A stretch of DNA of 64,000 nt from a bacterium (GCA_021789695.1 JAJYJH010000010.1:6240-70239); one strand, 5' to 3'. Positions 47,099-57,346 are shown, counted from the stretch's first letter. Program-made: numbers and translations. The notes: generated by a model from the letters alone, not told the origin.

Positions 47099-48838
47099 CT
47101 AGCGGCCGTCCAGGGTCGAAGACTTCAGTTCGGCCATCAGGCGGCTGTATTCTTGAAGCTGCTCCGGCGACATGGACGCCGACTTCAGTTCCTTTACCCT
47201 GCGCTGCACCGCGAAACGTTTAAGCATGCGCGCCGCGCCGGCGGCGTCCCGTTCGGGGGAGGATTCCCCTCCCAGATCGGCCACCGCCAGCTCGTGCACC
47301 AGGGCCGAATGTTCGGGGAACCTGGCCGCGAGCTCCGTCGCTGCGTTGTCCCGCTCTCCCGGGGACAGCCCCGTAAGCGCGACGAAAAGACTGCGCGCCA
47401 GCGGGCTGGAAAAATATTCCGGCTTCACGTCCGACGAGGCTGCGATGAGCCCCGGCCCGCGCAGCAGGAGCTGCAGGTAGCCCCGTTCCAGTTGCGGCAT
47501 CGGGTCCCGAACGGGCACGTCCCGGCGCGGGACCTCGCGCGGCACGGCCAGCGCGGCCTTGCTCAACTGCTTCAAGACGGACGCTTCGTCCACCCCGAAA
47601 CGGTCCGCCAGCGTCTTTACCCATTCGCTCTTGAGTATCTCGTCGGTCTGCCTGGCCACGGTCTCCAGCAGCACGCCTATAGCCTGGGCCTTTTCCTGCG
47701 CCGTGGGGGCCGGCCGGCCTTTGAAGAACAAGCCGATGCGGAATTCCAGCGGGTCCGCGGCCGCGGCCAGAACCTGCTCGAACTTTTCCCGTCCGTTGTC
47801 GTTCAGGTACTCGTCCGGGTCCTGCCCGGTGCCCAGGTTAGCCAGCCGCACGTAGAGGCCGGCCGCCATGAAGGTCTCCGCCGCCTTGACCGAGGCCTGG
47901 ATGCCGGCCCGGTCGTCGTCAAACATCACGACGGCGTCCTTGGCGTAGCGCTTGACGATGCCGGCGTGCTCCTGGGTGAGGTTGGTTCCCAGCGGGGCCA
48001 CCGCCCAGTCCACGCCGTGCTGGTGGGCGCCTATCACGTCCATGTAGCCCTCCAGCAGCAGCAGACGGCCGGAGCGGCGTACCTGCGGCAGCGCCTCGTG
48101 CAGGCCGTACAACGTGCGGCGCTTGGAGAACAGCGGCGTCTCCGGGGAGTTCAGGTATTTAGGCACGCCCTCCGGGTCCAGCACGCGTCCGCCAAAAGCT
48201 ATGACGTCTCCGGACTGGTTGCTTATCGGGAAGATAATCCGGCCGCGGAAGGTGTCGGCCACGCGGCCGCCCTCGCGCTCGGTTATCAGGCCGGCCTTGT
48301 GGGCCAGGTCGCGGCTCCAGCCGCCCTTATTCAGTTCATCCATCAGGGCCCTGCCGGATGGGGGGGCCCAGCCCAGGCCGAACTTCTCCACGGTAGCCTT
48401 GCTTACGCGGCGTTCGCCCAGGTAGAGCTTGGCCTTCTCTCCAACGGCGGAGAAAAGCTCCTTCTGGTAGAAGGCGGCGGCGGCCTTCATAATCTTCTTC
48501 AACTCCAGGCGCTCGCGGTCCTCCGGGGAGAGCGGCTGGGAGCGTTCGTCGCCGTATTCCACGCCCGCTTTCTGCGCCAGCTTCCTGGCCGCCTCCGGGA
48601 AGGATAACCCCTCTATGTCCATCACGAACTTGAAGACGTCTCCGCCGGCGCCGCAACCGAAGCAGTAGAAAATATGTTTCTCCGGGCTGACCGTGAAGGA
48701 GGGAGTCTTTTCGTTGTGGAACGGGCAGTTGGCCTTGTAGTTGCGGCCGGCCTTTTTCAGGGACGGCACGTACTCCCGGACCACCTCGACGATGTCCAGT
48801 TTCTCCCTGATCAACTCCACTATGGGCGAAGAACTCAT
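47099..48838 (-). CDS. dnaG: DNA primase
   Basis: Zinc finger [30 protein letters not shown], and TOPRIM EGYMDV...DDDRAG. Confidence 0.95.
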   Translation of the reverse strand: MSSSPIVELIREKLDIVEVVREYVPSLKKAGRNYKANCPFHNEKTPSFTVSPEKHIFYCFGCGAGGDVFKFVMDIEGLSFPEAARKLAQKAGVEYGDERSQPLSPEDRERLELKKIMKAAAAFYQKELFSAVGEKAKLYLGERRVSKATVEKFGLGWAPPSGRALMDELNKGGWSRDLAHKAGLITEREGGRVADTFRGRIIFPISNQSGDVIAFGGRVLDPEGVPKYLNSPETPLFSKRRTLYGLHEALPQVRRSGRLLLLEGYMDVIGAHQHGVDWAVAPLGTNLTQEHAGIVKRYAKDAVVMFDDDRAGIQASVKAAETFMAAGLYVRLANLGTGQDPDEYLNDNGREKFEQVLAAAADPLEFRIGLFFKGRPAPTAQEKAQAIGVLLETVARQTDEILKSEWVKTLADRFGVDEASVLKQLSKAALAVPREVPRRDVPVRDPMPQLERGYLQLLLRGPGLIAASSDVKPEYFSSPLARSLFVALTGLSPGERDNAATELAARFPEHSALVHELAVADLGGESSPERDAAGAARMLKRFAVQRRVKELKSASMSPEQLQEYSRLMAELKSSTLDGR

Positions 48839-48880
48839 TTATTTTAAAGACTTAATACGGCCTTCCCTGAATTGGCAGGC

Positions 48881-48912
48881 AAAAAGCCGCGCGGACGGGG
48901 GGCCCGCGCGGC
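48881..48912 (-). terminator. internal hairpin/terminator between rpsU and dnaG
   Basis: On the minus strand a 9-bp G/C stem (48904-48912 pairing with 48886-48894) is followed by T5. Confidence 0.55.
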
Positions 48913-48931
48913 TGGCTGCGTGGTCCTGCGC

Positions 48932-49135
48932 TTAGTAGGCCCGGCGGCCCCTGCGGACCTTGCGCCTGGCCTCCTGCGACTTTATCTTGCGCTTCATGCT
49001 CGGAGGCATGTAGTGCTCGCGGCGCTTGATATCCTTGAGGATGCCGTTGCGCTCGCAGTCGTGCTTGAAGCGCCTGAGCGCCTCTTCAATGCTCTCTTCG
49101 TCTCTTACTTTGACAAATACCACGCTGATCACCAC
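48932..49135 (-). CDS. rpsU: 30S ribosomal protein S21
   Basis: VKVRDEESIEEALRRFKHDCERNGILKDIKRREHYMPPS... Confidence 0.95.
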   Translation of the reverse strand: MVISVVFVKVRDEESIEEALRRFKHDCERNGILKDIKRREHYMPPSMKRKIKSQEARRKVRRGRRAY

Positions 49136-49165
49136 CTTCTGGTATGCAGATTTAAATCGTCTTTT

Positions 49166-49510
49166 CTAGCCCGGTGGCCACAGCATCTTCCTGCCGCCGA
49201 GCAGGTGATAGTGCAAATGGTCCACCGACTGCCCTGCGCCCCTGCCGTTATTGGTCACCAGTCGGAAGGCGCCTTCTACTTTCAGAGCCTTCGCCGCCCT
49301 GGCGGCGGCCAACTGCAGTTTCCCTAGCAGTTCGGCGTCCCCGTCTTCGGCCGCAGTAAGCCGGTCTATGTGCCGGCGCGGAATAATGAGAACGTGCGTG
49401 GGGGCCTGCGGGTTAAGGTCCAGGAACGCCAGCGTGTCGGCGTCTTCATACACTACCTTGGCGTTGACCTCTCCGGCCGCTATCTTGCAAAAAATGCAAT
49501 CCGCCATCAC
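49166..49510 (-). CDS. HIT family (Hint-like) nucleotide hydrolase
   Basis: CIFCKI..., and histidine triad VDHLHYHLLGG. Confidence 0.9.
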   Translation of the reverse strand: MMADCIFCKIAAGEVNAKVVYEDADTLAFLDLNPQAPTHVLIIPRRHIDRLTAAEDGDAELLGKLQLAAARAAKALKVEGAFRLVTNNGRGAGQSVDHLHYHLLGGRKMLWPPG

Positions 49511-49603
49511 CTGTATTTTATTATTTTAATGGGGGTCTGGGCAACTGCTCTGCCGCCGGCGGCCGCGCCTGTCCCGCCTTTCCTGCATAAGCCCGCGTCA
49601 GCG

Positions 49604-50194
49604 CTAGAACCTGGAGAGCGGGAGATAGCGCTCGCCGAACTTGCCGGGATTGGCGGGAAGCGGGTTTACGGAGCTGCTGCTCTCCAGGATACGCAGCGGC
49701 GTCACGCCCGCTTTCCTGGCCTGTATTATCCCCGCGTCGGAAGGCGCGGCATAAAGTATGTAGCGGCCCTTGTCCAGCAGGCGGTACTTCTCGTCCTCGT
49801 TGGCCGGGAAATAGAAGCGGTCGGCCAGCCTGTCCCAGTATTCCTCCAGGCTGTCGGCGCCGGCTTCTCCTCGGTCCAGGAATAAGTCTATTTTCACGCC
49901 GAGAGCGCGCAGCGCCCAGGCGGCCAGCCACGGCACCGGCTTGATGCGCTCGTACATATAGGAGCGGTTGACGCAGTTCCAGTAATCCTGCGTGCCGGGC
50001 TGCAGTTTTTCCCTGGTCGCCTCCCGGAAAGCCGGCGTGGAGTACACCAGGCCGTCGTCGTACTCTAAACCGGCCCGGAACCCTATCAGCGAATTTACGC
50101 TGAAAAGCACTCCCCAGGCCCCGGCCAGCATGGCGAAAGCCCTGAAACGGCCTAACCACCTGGAGAAAAAAACGGACAGGCCCTGGAACATCAT
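49604..50194 (-). CDS. class B acid phosphatase (AphA)-like protein with degenerate catalytic motifs
   Basis: Aligns by eye to AphA. LEYDDGLVYSTPAF corresponds to FDIDDTVLFSSPGF, and RILESSSSVNPLPANPGKFGE to [21 protein letters not shown]. Start set at the ATG giving an ATGA overlap with the upstream gene. Confidence 0.55.
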   Translation of the reverse strand: MMFQGLSVFFSRWLGRFRAFAMLAGAWGVLFSVNSLIGFRAGLEYDDGLVYSTPAFREATREKLQPGTQDYWNCVNRSYMYERIKPVPWLAAWALRALGVKIDLFLDRGEAGADSLEEYWDRLADRFYFPANEDEKYRLLDKGRYILYAAPSDAGIIQARKAGVTPLRILESSSSVNPLPANPGKFGERYLPLSRF

Positions 50195-51609
50195 TTCGCT
50201 CCGTCCTGCACGATGCGGCCGCCGGGCGGCCTGTCGTAAGACTTTTGTCTGGAGACGCACCAGCGCATCATATCCCTTACCAGGTGCCTGGAGTTTGCGA
50301 ACTCCATAGCGCTGGATAGCACCGGATTGTCGCGGCCCTTGGCCATGGAGTCAGGGACGGCCAGCCTGTAAATGCGGTCCGGCAGCAGAGGGCCGTTGTT
50401 CCCCTCGGCGCGATCGAACGTCACGCCGCGCAGGAACAGCCGCAGCCCCGAGACCGCCATCTCCGTCGGATTCATCGCCCCCAGGGCCCTCGAGAGGTCG
50501 TCGCCGCGTATCTTGACGAATACCACGTTGGAATCGCGCGGGAAAGAACTGTAGAGATCTCCGAGCGTGACCGGCCCGCTGGAAAGAGGGGCCGCCAGTT
50601 CGTCCAGGTCCATCAGCGCCGCGTTGGCCCTGGCCCAGCGCCTCATGCAGTCCGCAGCGAAGTCCGCGGCCGGGGTGTCGCCGCCGTCGCGCAGCGGCAG
50701 CGGGGCGTTGAGAAAGCCGAGCTTCCGTCCGAAATAGGCGTCCGCCGACTTCCTTTGCCGCGCGATTATCCTCAGCACGCCCTGGTCTCGTCCGTACTTG
50801 CTCGCAACGAGGGGGAGGAGCCTGTAGCTAATGCCGTCCAGATGGCCCTCCTGGTCCAAGGAAAGCGTTACCCTGGCCGCGGCCTTCATCTCCAGCCCGG
50901 CCGGGACCACCCAGGTGCTCTTGACTTTGAACGGCTCCTTTAGCGAAGGCTCGTCGGTTATGACCAGGTCCACGCGGGGCAGGCGGGAGAGGAAGTCCCT
51001 GTAGTACCCCCGTCCGGCGTGCTCCGCCGGGTTTATCCCCAGCAGCATTATGGTTAGGACGGCGCCGGAATCGTGGAGCGCTTTTACGGCCCTTTCCGCC
51101 TCGTAGGTCTCCTTCTCCAGCACGTAGTTCGGCAGGTAGTGGCGTGCCCCTGGCCTGGAGGGGGAGGCGGTGAGCAGGGCGAATACGCCTATCTTGCGTC
51201 CGCCGGCCTGCAGGATGGTCCACCTGTCCAGGAAATCCGCCTGGCGGTTGCCACGCAGGTAGAGGTTCGAGGCCAGCAGAGGCGCGCCGGCGGCCTTGGC
51301 CAGCGACTGAAGTTCGGACGGAGAAAGAGAGAGTTCCTCCATGCCCACTGCCGTGGCGGAATACGGTACGGCCGCCACGCAGTCGGCTGTACAAACGCCG
51401 CGGGACAGCCGTCCCACCGGAGTCGCCGAGGACCAGTCCCCAAGGTCCAGCGCCACCTTGGCCCCGGATTGGGAGTCGTAAAGTTTTTTAAAGACGGCGA
51501 AGCCCCCGGCGCCGGAGGCGTCCTCCTGGATCCGCCCCTGCGTCCTGCCGGTGGCAAAAACCGTTATCCGCTCCTTCCCGGCGCAGGCCCCCAGCAGCAG
51601 CAGCGCCAA
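50191..51609 (-). CDS. 5'-nucleotidase/metallophosphoesterase-family paralog lacking canonical metal ligands
   Basis: Same length class and C-terminal 5'-NT-like region as the upstream gene. Its motifs read FATGRTQG / DLGDWSS / VGMEEL instead of D-x-H / GD..QG / GNH(D/E). TTG start and LLGAC lipobox; the start is uncertain. Confidence 0.65.
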   Translation of the reverse strand: MALLLLGACAGKERITVFATGRTQGRIQEDASGAGGFAVFKKLYDSQSGAKVALDLGDWSSATPVGRLSRGVCTADCVAAVPYSATAVGMEELSLSPSELQSLAKAAGAPLLASNLYLRGNRQADFLDRWTILQAGGRKIGVFALLTASPSRPGARHYLPNYVLEKETYEAERAVKALHDSGAVLTIMLLGINPAEHAGRGYYRDFLSRLPRVDLVITDEPSLKEPFKVKSTWVVPAGLEMKAAARVTLSLDQEGHLDGISYRLLPLVASKYGRDQGVLRIIARQRKSADAYFGRKLGFLNAPLPLRDGGDTPAADFAADCMRRWARANAALMDLDELAAPLSSGPVTLGDLYSSFPRDSNVVFVKIRGDDLSRALGAMNPTEMAVSGLRLFLRGVTFDRAEGNNGPLLPDRIYRLAVPDSMAKGRDNPVLSSAMEFANSRHLVRDMMRWCVSRQKSYDRPPGGRIVQDGAK

Positions 51610-51629
51610 CAGCCCGGCGCCGCGGCGCG

Positions 51630-53183
51630 TCAGTCCTGCCGTACTATCCTCCCTGCCTCGGGCAGGGCCTTGACCGGGTTCTCCTTCATGTCCTTTATCA
51701 GCAGGTCGCGGATGGGGCGCATAGTATCCATGGAGTCCTTGGCCTCGGCGAAGACGGCGCCGCCGGTCCCGCCGGTGGTGAGATAGTTGTTGGTGGCCAC
51801 GGTGAGCCTGTCCGAGGCGCCGACGGGCCTTCCGTTTTTCAGTATAACGATATCCTCCGGCTTGCCGTCGGCCCCGGCCTTGAAACGCACGGCGATGCCG
51901 GAGACCTGCAGCCTGCTGTGGCCGCCTTCAAGGTTGTCTGCCATAAGACGCCGGAGCTGGTCGCCGGTCAGCGTCATCGTGACCAGCGTGTTCTCGAAGG
52001 GCATGACCTCAAAGACGTCGCGCATCCTGACGGTGCCGGCGTGCAGAGTGGACCGTATCCCGGCCGTGTTCTGTATGGCGGCGTCGGTCCCTGCCTGTCG
52101 GCGCATCGCGTCGGTGAACCAGTCCCCTATCGGCGAATCGAGGCCGTAGCGGGACGTGCCGAGGTCCACGGCCAATTCGCCGACCGGCTTGTCCATCTTC
52201 CTGGCGGTCTGGTCTCGGAAGCGCTTTATCGTGGCCAGGACGGCCGGGTCCTCGCCGTACTTGTCCTCCCAGAGCGGCAGCAGTTCGTCGGAACTCCCGA
52301 TCAGTTTGCCGGTCTTGTCGTCGAAATCGAGCGTTATCTTGCTGACCTCGGTCAGGCCCCAGTAGCTCTCGGCTATCAGCGCGCCGCTGACCGGGTCCCT
52401 GTAGCCCTTGAGGAGTCCGACGTGGTTGTGGCCGCCCATCACCACGTCCGCGCGGGAGGCGCGGGCCTCGGAAAGCGTGCTGGACGGCGGTATGTCCCCG
52501 GCGAAGGTCGTCGTGCTGATGTCCGTTATGCCGTAGGTGCCCATGCCTATGCCGGTGTGGGAGAGTATCAGTACCGCGTCTGGGTGTTCCTTGCCGCGGA
52601 TGAACTGGACCCACTTGGCGGCGGCCTCGCTCTCGTTGCCGAAACCCAGGCGCGCCACGTTGGCCGGCAGCGTGGAGGTGGCAGTATGGGTGCCGAGCAG
52701 GCCCAGCACCGCTATGCGCTTGCCTGCTACGGTGACTATGGTATAGGGCTTAAGGTAGTCAACCGGCCTCCCGGTCTTCTTGACGTAGACGTTGGCGCCG
52801 AGCCACGGGAAGCTGGACTTGGCTATGACAGCGCGCAGGCTGGCCTCGGTGTAGTCGTAGTCGTGGTTGCCGACGTCGCAGGCCGAATAGCCGAGCTGGT
52901 CCATCAGGGCGGCCGTGGCCATACCCTTCGTCAGCGTGCCTTCCGGGGTACCCTGGAAGGTGTCGCCGGAATCGAGAAGGATATGCGGGTTCTTGTCCGC
53001 CTTGACCATGCTGGAGAGCACCGCGAAGCCGCCGATCATGCGCTTTGGGTCTTCTCTGTTCCATTTGGCCGGGCGGGCGGAATACCAGCCGTGCACGTCG
53101 CTGGTGTGATAGACGTCTATGGTCAGCGTCCAGGCCGAAAGAGGCGGCAGCAGCAGCAGTACGGCGGCGAAGAGCTTTTTCAT
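51630..53183 (-). CDS. bifunctional metallophosphatase/5'-nucleotidase (UshA family)
   Basis: Signal peptide, then HTSDVHG, DSGDTFQGT, GNHDYDY and GGHNH motifs, plus a C-terminal 5'-nucleotidase domain. Confidence 0.85.
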   Translation of the reverse strand: MKKLFAAVLLLLPPLSAWTLTIDVYHTSDVHGWYSARPAKWNREDPKRMIGGFAVLSSMVKADKNPHILLDSGDTFQGTPEGTLTKGMATAALMDQLGYSACDVGNHDYDYTEASLRAVIAKSSFPWLGANVYVKKTGRPVDYLKPYTIVTVAGKRIAVLGLLGTHTATSTLPANVARLGFGNESEAAAKWVQFIRGKEHPDAVLILSHTGIGMGTYGITDISTTTFAGDIPPSSTLSEARASRADVVMGGHNHVGLLKGYRDPVSGALIAESYWGLTEVSKITLDFDDKTGKLIGSSDELLPLWEDKYGEDPAVLATIKRFRDQTARKMDKPVGELAVDLGTSRYGLDSPIGDWFTDAMRRQAGTDAAIQNTAGIRSTLHAGTVRMRDVFEVMPFENTLVTMTLTGDQLRRLMADNLEGGHSRLQVSGIAVRFKAGADGKPEDIVILKNGRPVGASDRLTVATNNYLTTGGTGGAVFAEAKDSMDTMRPIRDLLIKDMKENPVKALPEAGRIVRQD

Positions 53184-53192
53184 CGGGGGCTC

Positions 53193-53723
53193 CTATATGC
53201 GGAAGAGGGCTTCGGCGCAGCGTTCCAGGGCGTCCAAGGTCTCGTCCAAACCGGAGTATATACTACTAAATTTGAGTTTTCTCGGAAAATCAGGACCCTC
53301 CCCGGCCTCCGAGGCGGAAGCGAGGGCCAGTCCCCTGCGGCCGGAAGCGCAGTGTGCCCGTATCAGGCCCGCCGCGCGGTTCCTGGCTGACGGTGAAAGA
53401 AGGCCTCCGGCCGCCTCGCAGGCCCGCTGCAGATGGCCAAGGGCCTCCAGCGCGGCGGCGTCGGGGCGGAGGCTGAGCAGCGCCATGTCCGAGAAGACCT
53501 TTTCCAGCCTGGCCGAGAAGTCCTCGGCCGCGTACGCGGCCTCCAGCGAAGCGCGCGGACCGGAGCGAATGGCGGCGGAGAGCTGCGCGCGCGCCGGACG
53601 CATAAGCCCCGCCGCCAGCTCCGGGGCGGCCGCCATATCGCCGGCGGCCCGTCCGCCGGCTTCCAGCGCGGCCAGGGACGCGCGCAGGCGGGCGTCCGTA
53701 AGTTTCAGCCAGGTGTTCCTCAC
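53193..53723 (-). CDS. hypothetical Ala-rich helical protein
   Basis: 176-aa ORF co-directional with its neighbours, ending 9 nt before the 5'-nucleotidase start. The opposite-strand ORF looks like a compositional shadow. No family recognised. Confidence 0.4.
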   Translation of the reverse strand: MRNTWLKLTDARLRASLAALEAGGRAAGDMAAAPELAAGLMRPARAQLSAAIRSGPRASLEAAYAAEDFSARLEKVFSDMALLSLRPDAAALEALGHLQRACEAAGGLLSPSARNRAAGLIRAHCASGRRGLALASASEAGEGPDFPRKLKFSSIYSGLDETLDALERCAEALFRI

Positions 53724-53821
53724 GGAGGTAATGATATAAAAAAAGGGCTCAAGGCTCTAAGGCTAAAAACGGCCGGGGGAGGCTTTCGGCCTCCCCCGGC
53801 GGGCGGTAAACCAAGGCTGAA

Positions 53822-54229
53822 TCAGCGCTTGGAGAACTGGAAGCGCTTGCGGGCTTTCGGCTTGCCGGGCTTCTTGCGTTCGACCATGCGGGAATCGCGG
53901 GTCAGGAACCCGGCTTTCTTCATGGAGGAATGAAAACTGTCGCCGAGGGTGGCTATAGCGCGGGCGATGCCGTGGCGTATCGCGCCGGCCTGGCTGGAGA
54001 CCCCGCCGCCGACCACCTTGACCACGCAGTCGAACTTCTGGTCCTTGGTCAGATCGAAAGGGGTGACGATAACGTGCTTGAGGCGCGGATTGTTGCCGAA
54101 GTACTCCTCCGGCGTTTTCGAGTTTATGGTAATCTTGCCTTCTCCGCCCTGCGAGAGGCGCACCTGCGCCACAGAGGTCTTGCGGCGGCCGGTGGCCAGT
54201 ATCAGATTCTTGTTTTCCATGTTATGCAT
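53822..54229 (-). CDS. rpsI: 30S ribosomal protein S9
   Basis: ...GGGVSSQAGAIRHGIARA...TRDSRMVERKKPGKPKARKRFQFSKR. Confidence 0.95.
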   Translation of the reverse strand: MHNMENKNLILATGRRKTSVAQVRLSQGGEGKITINSKTPEEYFGNNPRLKHVIVTPFDLTKDQKFDCVVKVVGGGVSSQAGAIRHGIARAIATLGDSFHSSMKKAGFLTRDSRMVERKKPGKPKARKRFQFSKR

Positions 54230-54241
54230 TTCCTTTGTGCG

Positions 54242-54673
54242 TTACTTGGCCGCTTTTGGGGCGGCGAACTGGGTCTGCGCTCCGGTGAAAAGGCGCAGAC
54301 GCTTCATGCGCCTGGAGCGCAGCCTGTTGTCGTCCAGCATGCGCTTGACGGCCAGTTCGAGCACCTTGGTGGAGTCCTGTTCCATCTGGCGCTTGTACGG
54401 GATGGTCTTTGCGCCGCCGGCATAGCCGGAGTGGCGGAAGTAGAACTTGTCCTCGGCTTTATTGCCGGTGATGCGGAGTTTGTCCGTGTTGGTGACGACG
54501 ACGAAGTCGCCGCAGTCGACGTTGGGCGCGAAGTCGCGCTTGTGCTTGCCCGCCAGGAGCACCGCTATCCGGGTGGAGAGACGGCCCAGCACCTGGTCGG
54601 TGGCGTCCAGGAAATGCCATTTCCTGGTCTTTTCTGCCGTTTCGGCCTTGGGCAAAGTGGTTTTCTGTATCAT
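54242..54673 (-). CDS. rplM: 50S ribosomal protein L13
   Basis: KWHFLDATDQVLGRLSTRIAVLLAGKHK.... Start trimmed to ATG 54673. Confidence 0.93.
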   Translation of the reverse strand: MIQKTTLPKAETAEKTRKWHFLDATDQVLGRLSTRIAVLLAGKHKRDFAPNVDCGDFVVVTNTDKLRITGNKAEDKFYFRHSGYAGGAKTIPYKRQMEQDSTKVLELAVKRMLDDNRLRSRRMKRLRLFTGAQTQFAAPKAAK

Positions 54674-54720
54674 AGTCAGATTATGATACAAAATTTACCG
54701 GCCTTATGCAAAGGACGAGT

Positions 54721-56778
54721 TCAGGGAGCCGCCGGTCCTGGCTGCCCCAGCTTCGGGGGGGCGCCCGTGCGGCAGGGGTTGGAGGAGGAGGCGTCGCCGC
54801 CCATCCAGACCTCTCCGCCCTCGCAGAAATGGTTGTGCTTTACGCCGCCGGTGCCGAAGAAGGCGGTGGAGCCGTCGCTGCCGATGCCGGCCGTGTCGTT
54901 GTTGCGGTAGGCGGCTATGAACGAGGAGAGTTTGTCGTTGCAGCCGTTCTTGCAGAGCGAGTTGTCGTCGAAACAGAGCAGGTAGCGCTGGCGCACCCCG
55001 TCGAAAAGCTGTACTACGGCATTTACGGGGCTGCTCTTCAGCGTGTTCTCCGGGCAGCGGGTGGCGCCGAGCAGCCAGAGGTACTCAGGCTCGGAGATCT
55101 CCTCGTAACCCCTGGCGCGGAGGGCGGTTATCTTCTTCTGGGCCTCCTCCGAGGCCTTGGCCTGAGGACTGGCCGGGACCGGCTCCGCCGGCAACAGCCA
55201 GGTCTTCTTGCCTGGTAAGGCGGCGCGGTACAGCGCCTCTCCCTCAGGAGTCAGCCTGCCGTTCTTGTCGAAGACCGGGTCGCCTTTTTCGGTGCGCAGT
55301 TTAAAAATGGTCCTGAAATCCAGCCCCTCCTTCTCGAAGAACTTTATCGCGTCGCGGGTCAGCAGCGAGACGTAAAGTTTGTATCCGTCCCCGGTCAGCA
55401 GCAGGCGCGTCCTGCCCCCGGAATCGTGCCTCAGGTAAACCCCGCTCGTGTCGGGCACGTTGCGGTGGAGGTAGTCCACGGCGTCCGCCAGCTCGGCCGC
55501 CGTGATAGCGCGAAAAAGCTCCTTGTCACCCGGGTCCAGCCCGGTCTTCTTCTGGTCTGCGGCGCCGCGCAGTTTGAGTCCGGCGAGTATCTGGTCGTCG
55601 GTGAGAGAGGCGTCTTTAAGCTCCTCCAGCCGCGTCCTGGCATTGTCGTTCTGCGGTTCCAGCGCGCTTATCGAGGAGTAGGTCGCCATAGCCCCCGGGA
55701 TGTCCGAGACCGAGTCCTGGGCCGCAGCCAGGCCTTTCAGCACTTCGAGATTCTTGGGTGAGGCCTCCAGCGCCAGTTTGTATTGCTCAATGGCCCTGGC
55801 CGGGCTGCCGAGTTTCAGCCAGGTTTCTGCGGCCTTCGTCCTGCAGATGGCATAGGCCGGATTCTTCGGGCCGTAGAGCGCGGCCGCCCTCTCGTATTCC
55901 TTCACGCCTTCCTCGTATTTACCCAGCCTCACCATGAGCGGGGCCCTCTGCGCGGCCAGGTCCGGGTCCGAAGGGGAGAGCTTCATGCAGGCGTCGCTTT
56001 GTCTCAGCGCCGTGCCGAGGCTGCCTTTCAGGAACTCCTCCCTGAACTTATCCTTGCAGACCTCCAGCCCCTTTTCCCCAGCTTTGGCCTGCGGTCCAGG
56101 GCGGCGTCGGACCGGCTTCCTGCCGCGCAGTTCGGCCCGCTTCAGCCCCGATCTGATAATTGTAAGGTAATATGGGGCGTCAGGAGCGCGGCTCGCGCTG
56201 GCCAGCGCCAGCGCTTTCCTGTAGGAGGCCCGCGCCCGCACGGTGTAGCCGCGCTTCTCCATAAGCCTGCCCAGATAATAACGCGCCTGGAAGCTGGTCG
56301 AGGATATCTCGACCCCCTGCTCCAGCGTTTCGGCGGCTTCCCCGGGGTTGCCGGCCGCGGCGTAGGTGAGCCCGAGTTCCCTGTAGGGCGGGTAAGCGGT
56401 GGGGTCGGCTTCAAGGGCCCTGCGGCAGTCGGTGAGCGCCTCCGCGCTATTGTGCAGAGTCCGCATGGCTTTGCAGGCTCCCACGTACCCGGCGTAATCC
56501 TGGGGATGCTTTACGATATACGCCGCGGCGGCGGCGGCCAGGCGCCTGGCTCGTGCCGGAGAGTTCTCGGGCATCAGTTCCGTCGCCAGCAGCAGCAGGT
56601 CCCTGTTCTCCGGACTCGCTCCCAGTCCCAGCACCGCCATGTCGAAGGCGCCAGAGGGGGAGCCGCGCAGCGCGGCCTGTCTGACGCGCGCGAGGTCGCC
56701 GGCTGAAACCGCCGCGGCGCAAGCCGGGGCGGCGGCGAAGACCGCCAGCGATAGTATAAGACCCCCTCGTCCAATCAT
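54721..56778 (-). CDS. secreted TPR-repeat protein with Cys-containing C-terminal domain
   Basis: 685 aa with a signal peptide (LSLAVFAAAPACAAA). Multiple TPR-like repeats in the first ~400 aa. The C-terminal ~280 aa are unassigned. Confidence 0.65.
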   Translation of the reverse strand: MIGRGGLILSLAVFAAAPACAAAVSAGDLARVRQAALRGSPSGAFDMAVLGLGASPENRDLLLLATELMPENSPARARRLAAAAAAYIVKHPQDYAGYVGACKAMRTLHNSAEALTDCRRALEADPTAYPPYRELGLTYAAAGNPGEAAETLEQGVEISSTSFQARYYLGRLMEKRGYTVRARASYRKALALASASRAPDAPYYLTIIRSGLKRAELRGRKPVRRRPGPQAKAGEKGLEVCKDKFREEFLKGSLGTALRQSDACMKLSPSDPDLAAQRAPLMVRLGKYEEGVKEYERAAALYGPKNPAYAICRTKAAETWLKLGSPARAIEQYKLALEASPKNLEVLKGLAAAQDSVSDIPGAMATYSSISALEPQNDNARTRLEELKDASLTDDQILAGLKLRGAADQKKTGLDPGDKELFRAITAAELADAVDYLHRNVPDTSGVYLRHDSGGRTRLLLTGDGYKLYVSLLTRDAIKFFEKEGLDFRTIFKLRTEKGDPVFDKNGRLTPEGEALYRAALPGKKTWLLPAEPVPASPQAKASEEAQKKITALRARGYEEISEPEYLWLLGATRCPENTLKSSPVNAVVQLFDGVRQRYLLCFDDNSLCKNGCNDKLSSFIAAYRNNDTAGIGSDGSTAFFGTGGVKHNHFCEGGEVWMGGDASSSNPCRTGAPPKLGQPGPAAP

Positions 56779-56779
56779 C

Positions 56780-57346
56780 TTATCTGCCGGCTTTCAGTAT
56801 GCGCGGCAGGGTGACACCCAGCTGCGCCTGGTATTTGCCTTTGCGGTCCTTGTATGAGGTCTCGCACTCGTCCTCGGCCCCAAGGAAGACCAGCTGGGCT
56901 ATCCCCTCGTCGGAGTAGATCTTGGCGGGCAGGGGAGTGGTGTTGGAGATCTCAAGTGTGAGATGGCCTTCCCACTCCGGCTCCAGCGGCGTGATGTTGA
57001 CGACTATGCCGCAGCGGGCGTACGTGCTCTTGCCGATGCACAGACCTATCACGCCACGCGGGATTCGGAAATATTCCACCGAGCGGGCCAGCGCGAACGA
57101 GCGCGCCGGTACTATGCAGTACGGGGCCTTGAGGTCCACGAAGGACTTATCGGCGAAGTTCTTCGGGTCCACCACGCAGTTGTGCACGTCGGTGAAGACC
57201 TTGTACTCGTCAGCGACGCGGATGTCGTAGCCGTAGGAGGACAGGCCGTAGGAGACCTTCCCTTTGGCGACGAGACCTTCCACGAAAGGGGAGATCATCT
57301 TCCTTTTCCGGCACATCTCCCTTATCCAGGAATCGGGTTTCAGCAT
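56780..57346 (-). CDS. dcd: dCTP deaminase
   Basis: [11 protein letters not shown]...SYGYDIRV...[20 protein letters not shown]. Confidence 0.9.
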   Translation of the reverse strand: MLKPDSWIREMCRKRKMISPFVEGLVAKGKVSYGLSSYGYDIRVADEYKVFTDVHNCVVDPKNFADKSFVDLKAPYCIVPARSFALARSVEYFRIPRGVIGLCIGKSTYARCGIVVNITPLEPEWEGHLTLEISNTTPLPAKIYSDEGIAQLVFLGAEDECETSYKDRKGKYQAQLGVTLPRILKAGR

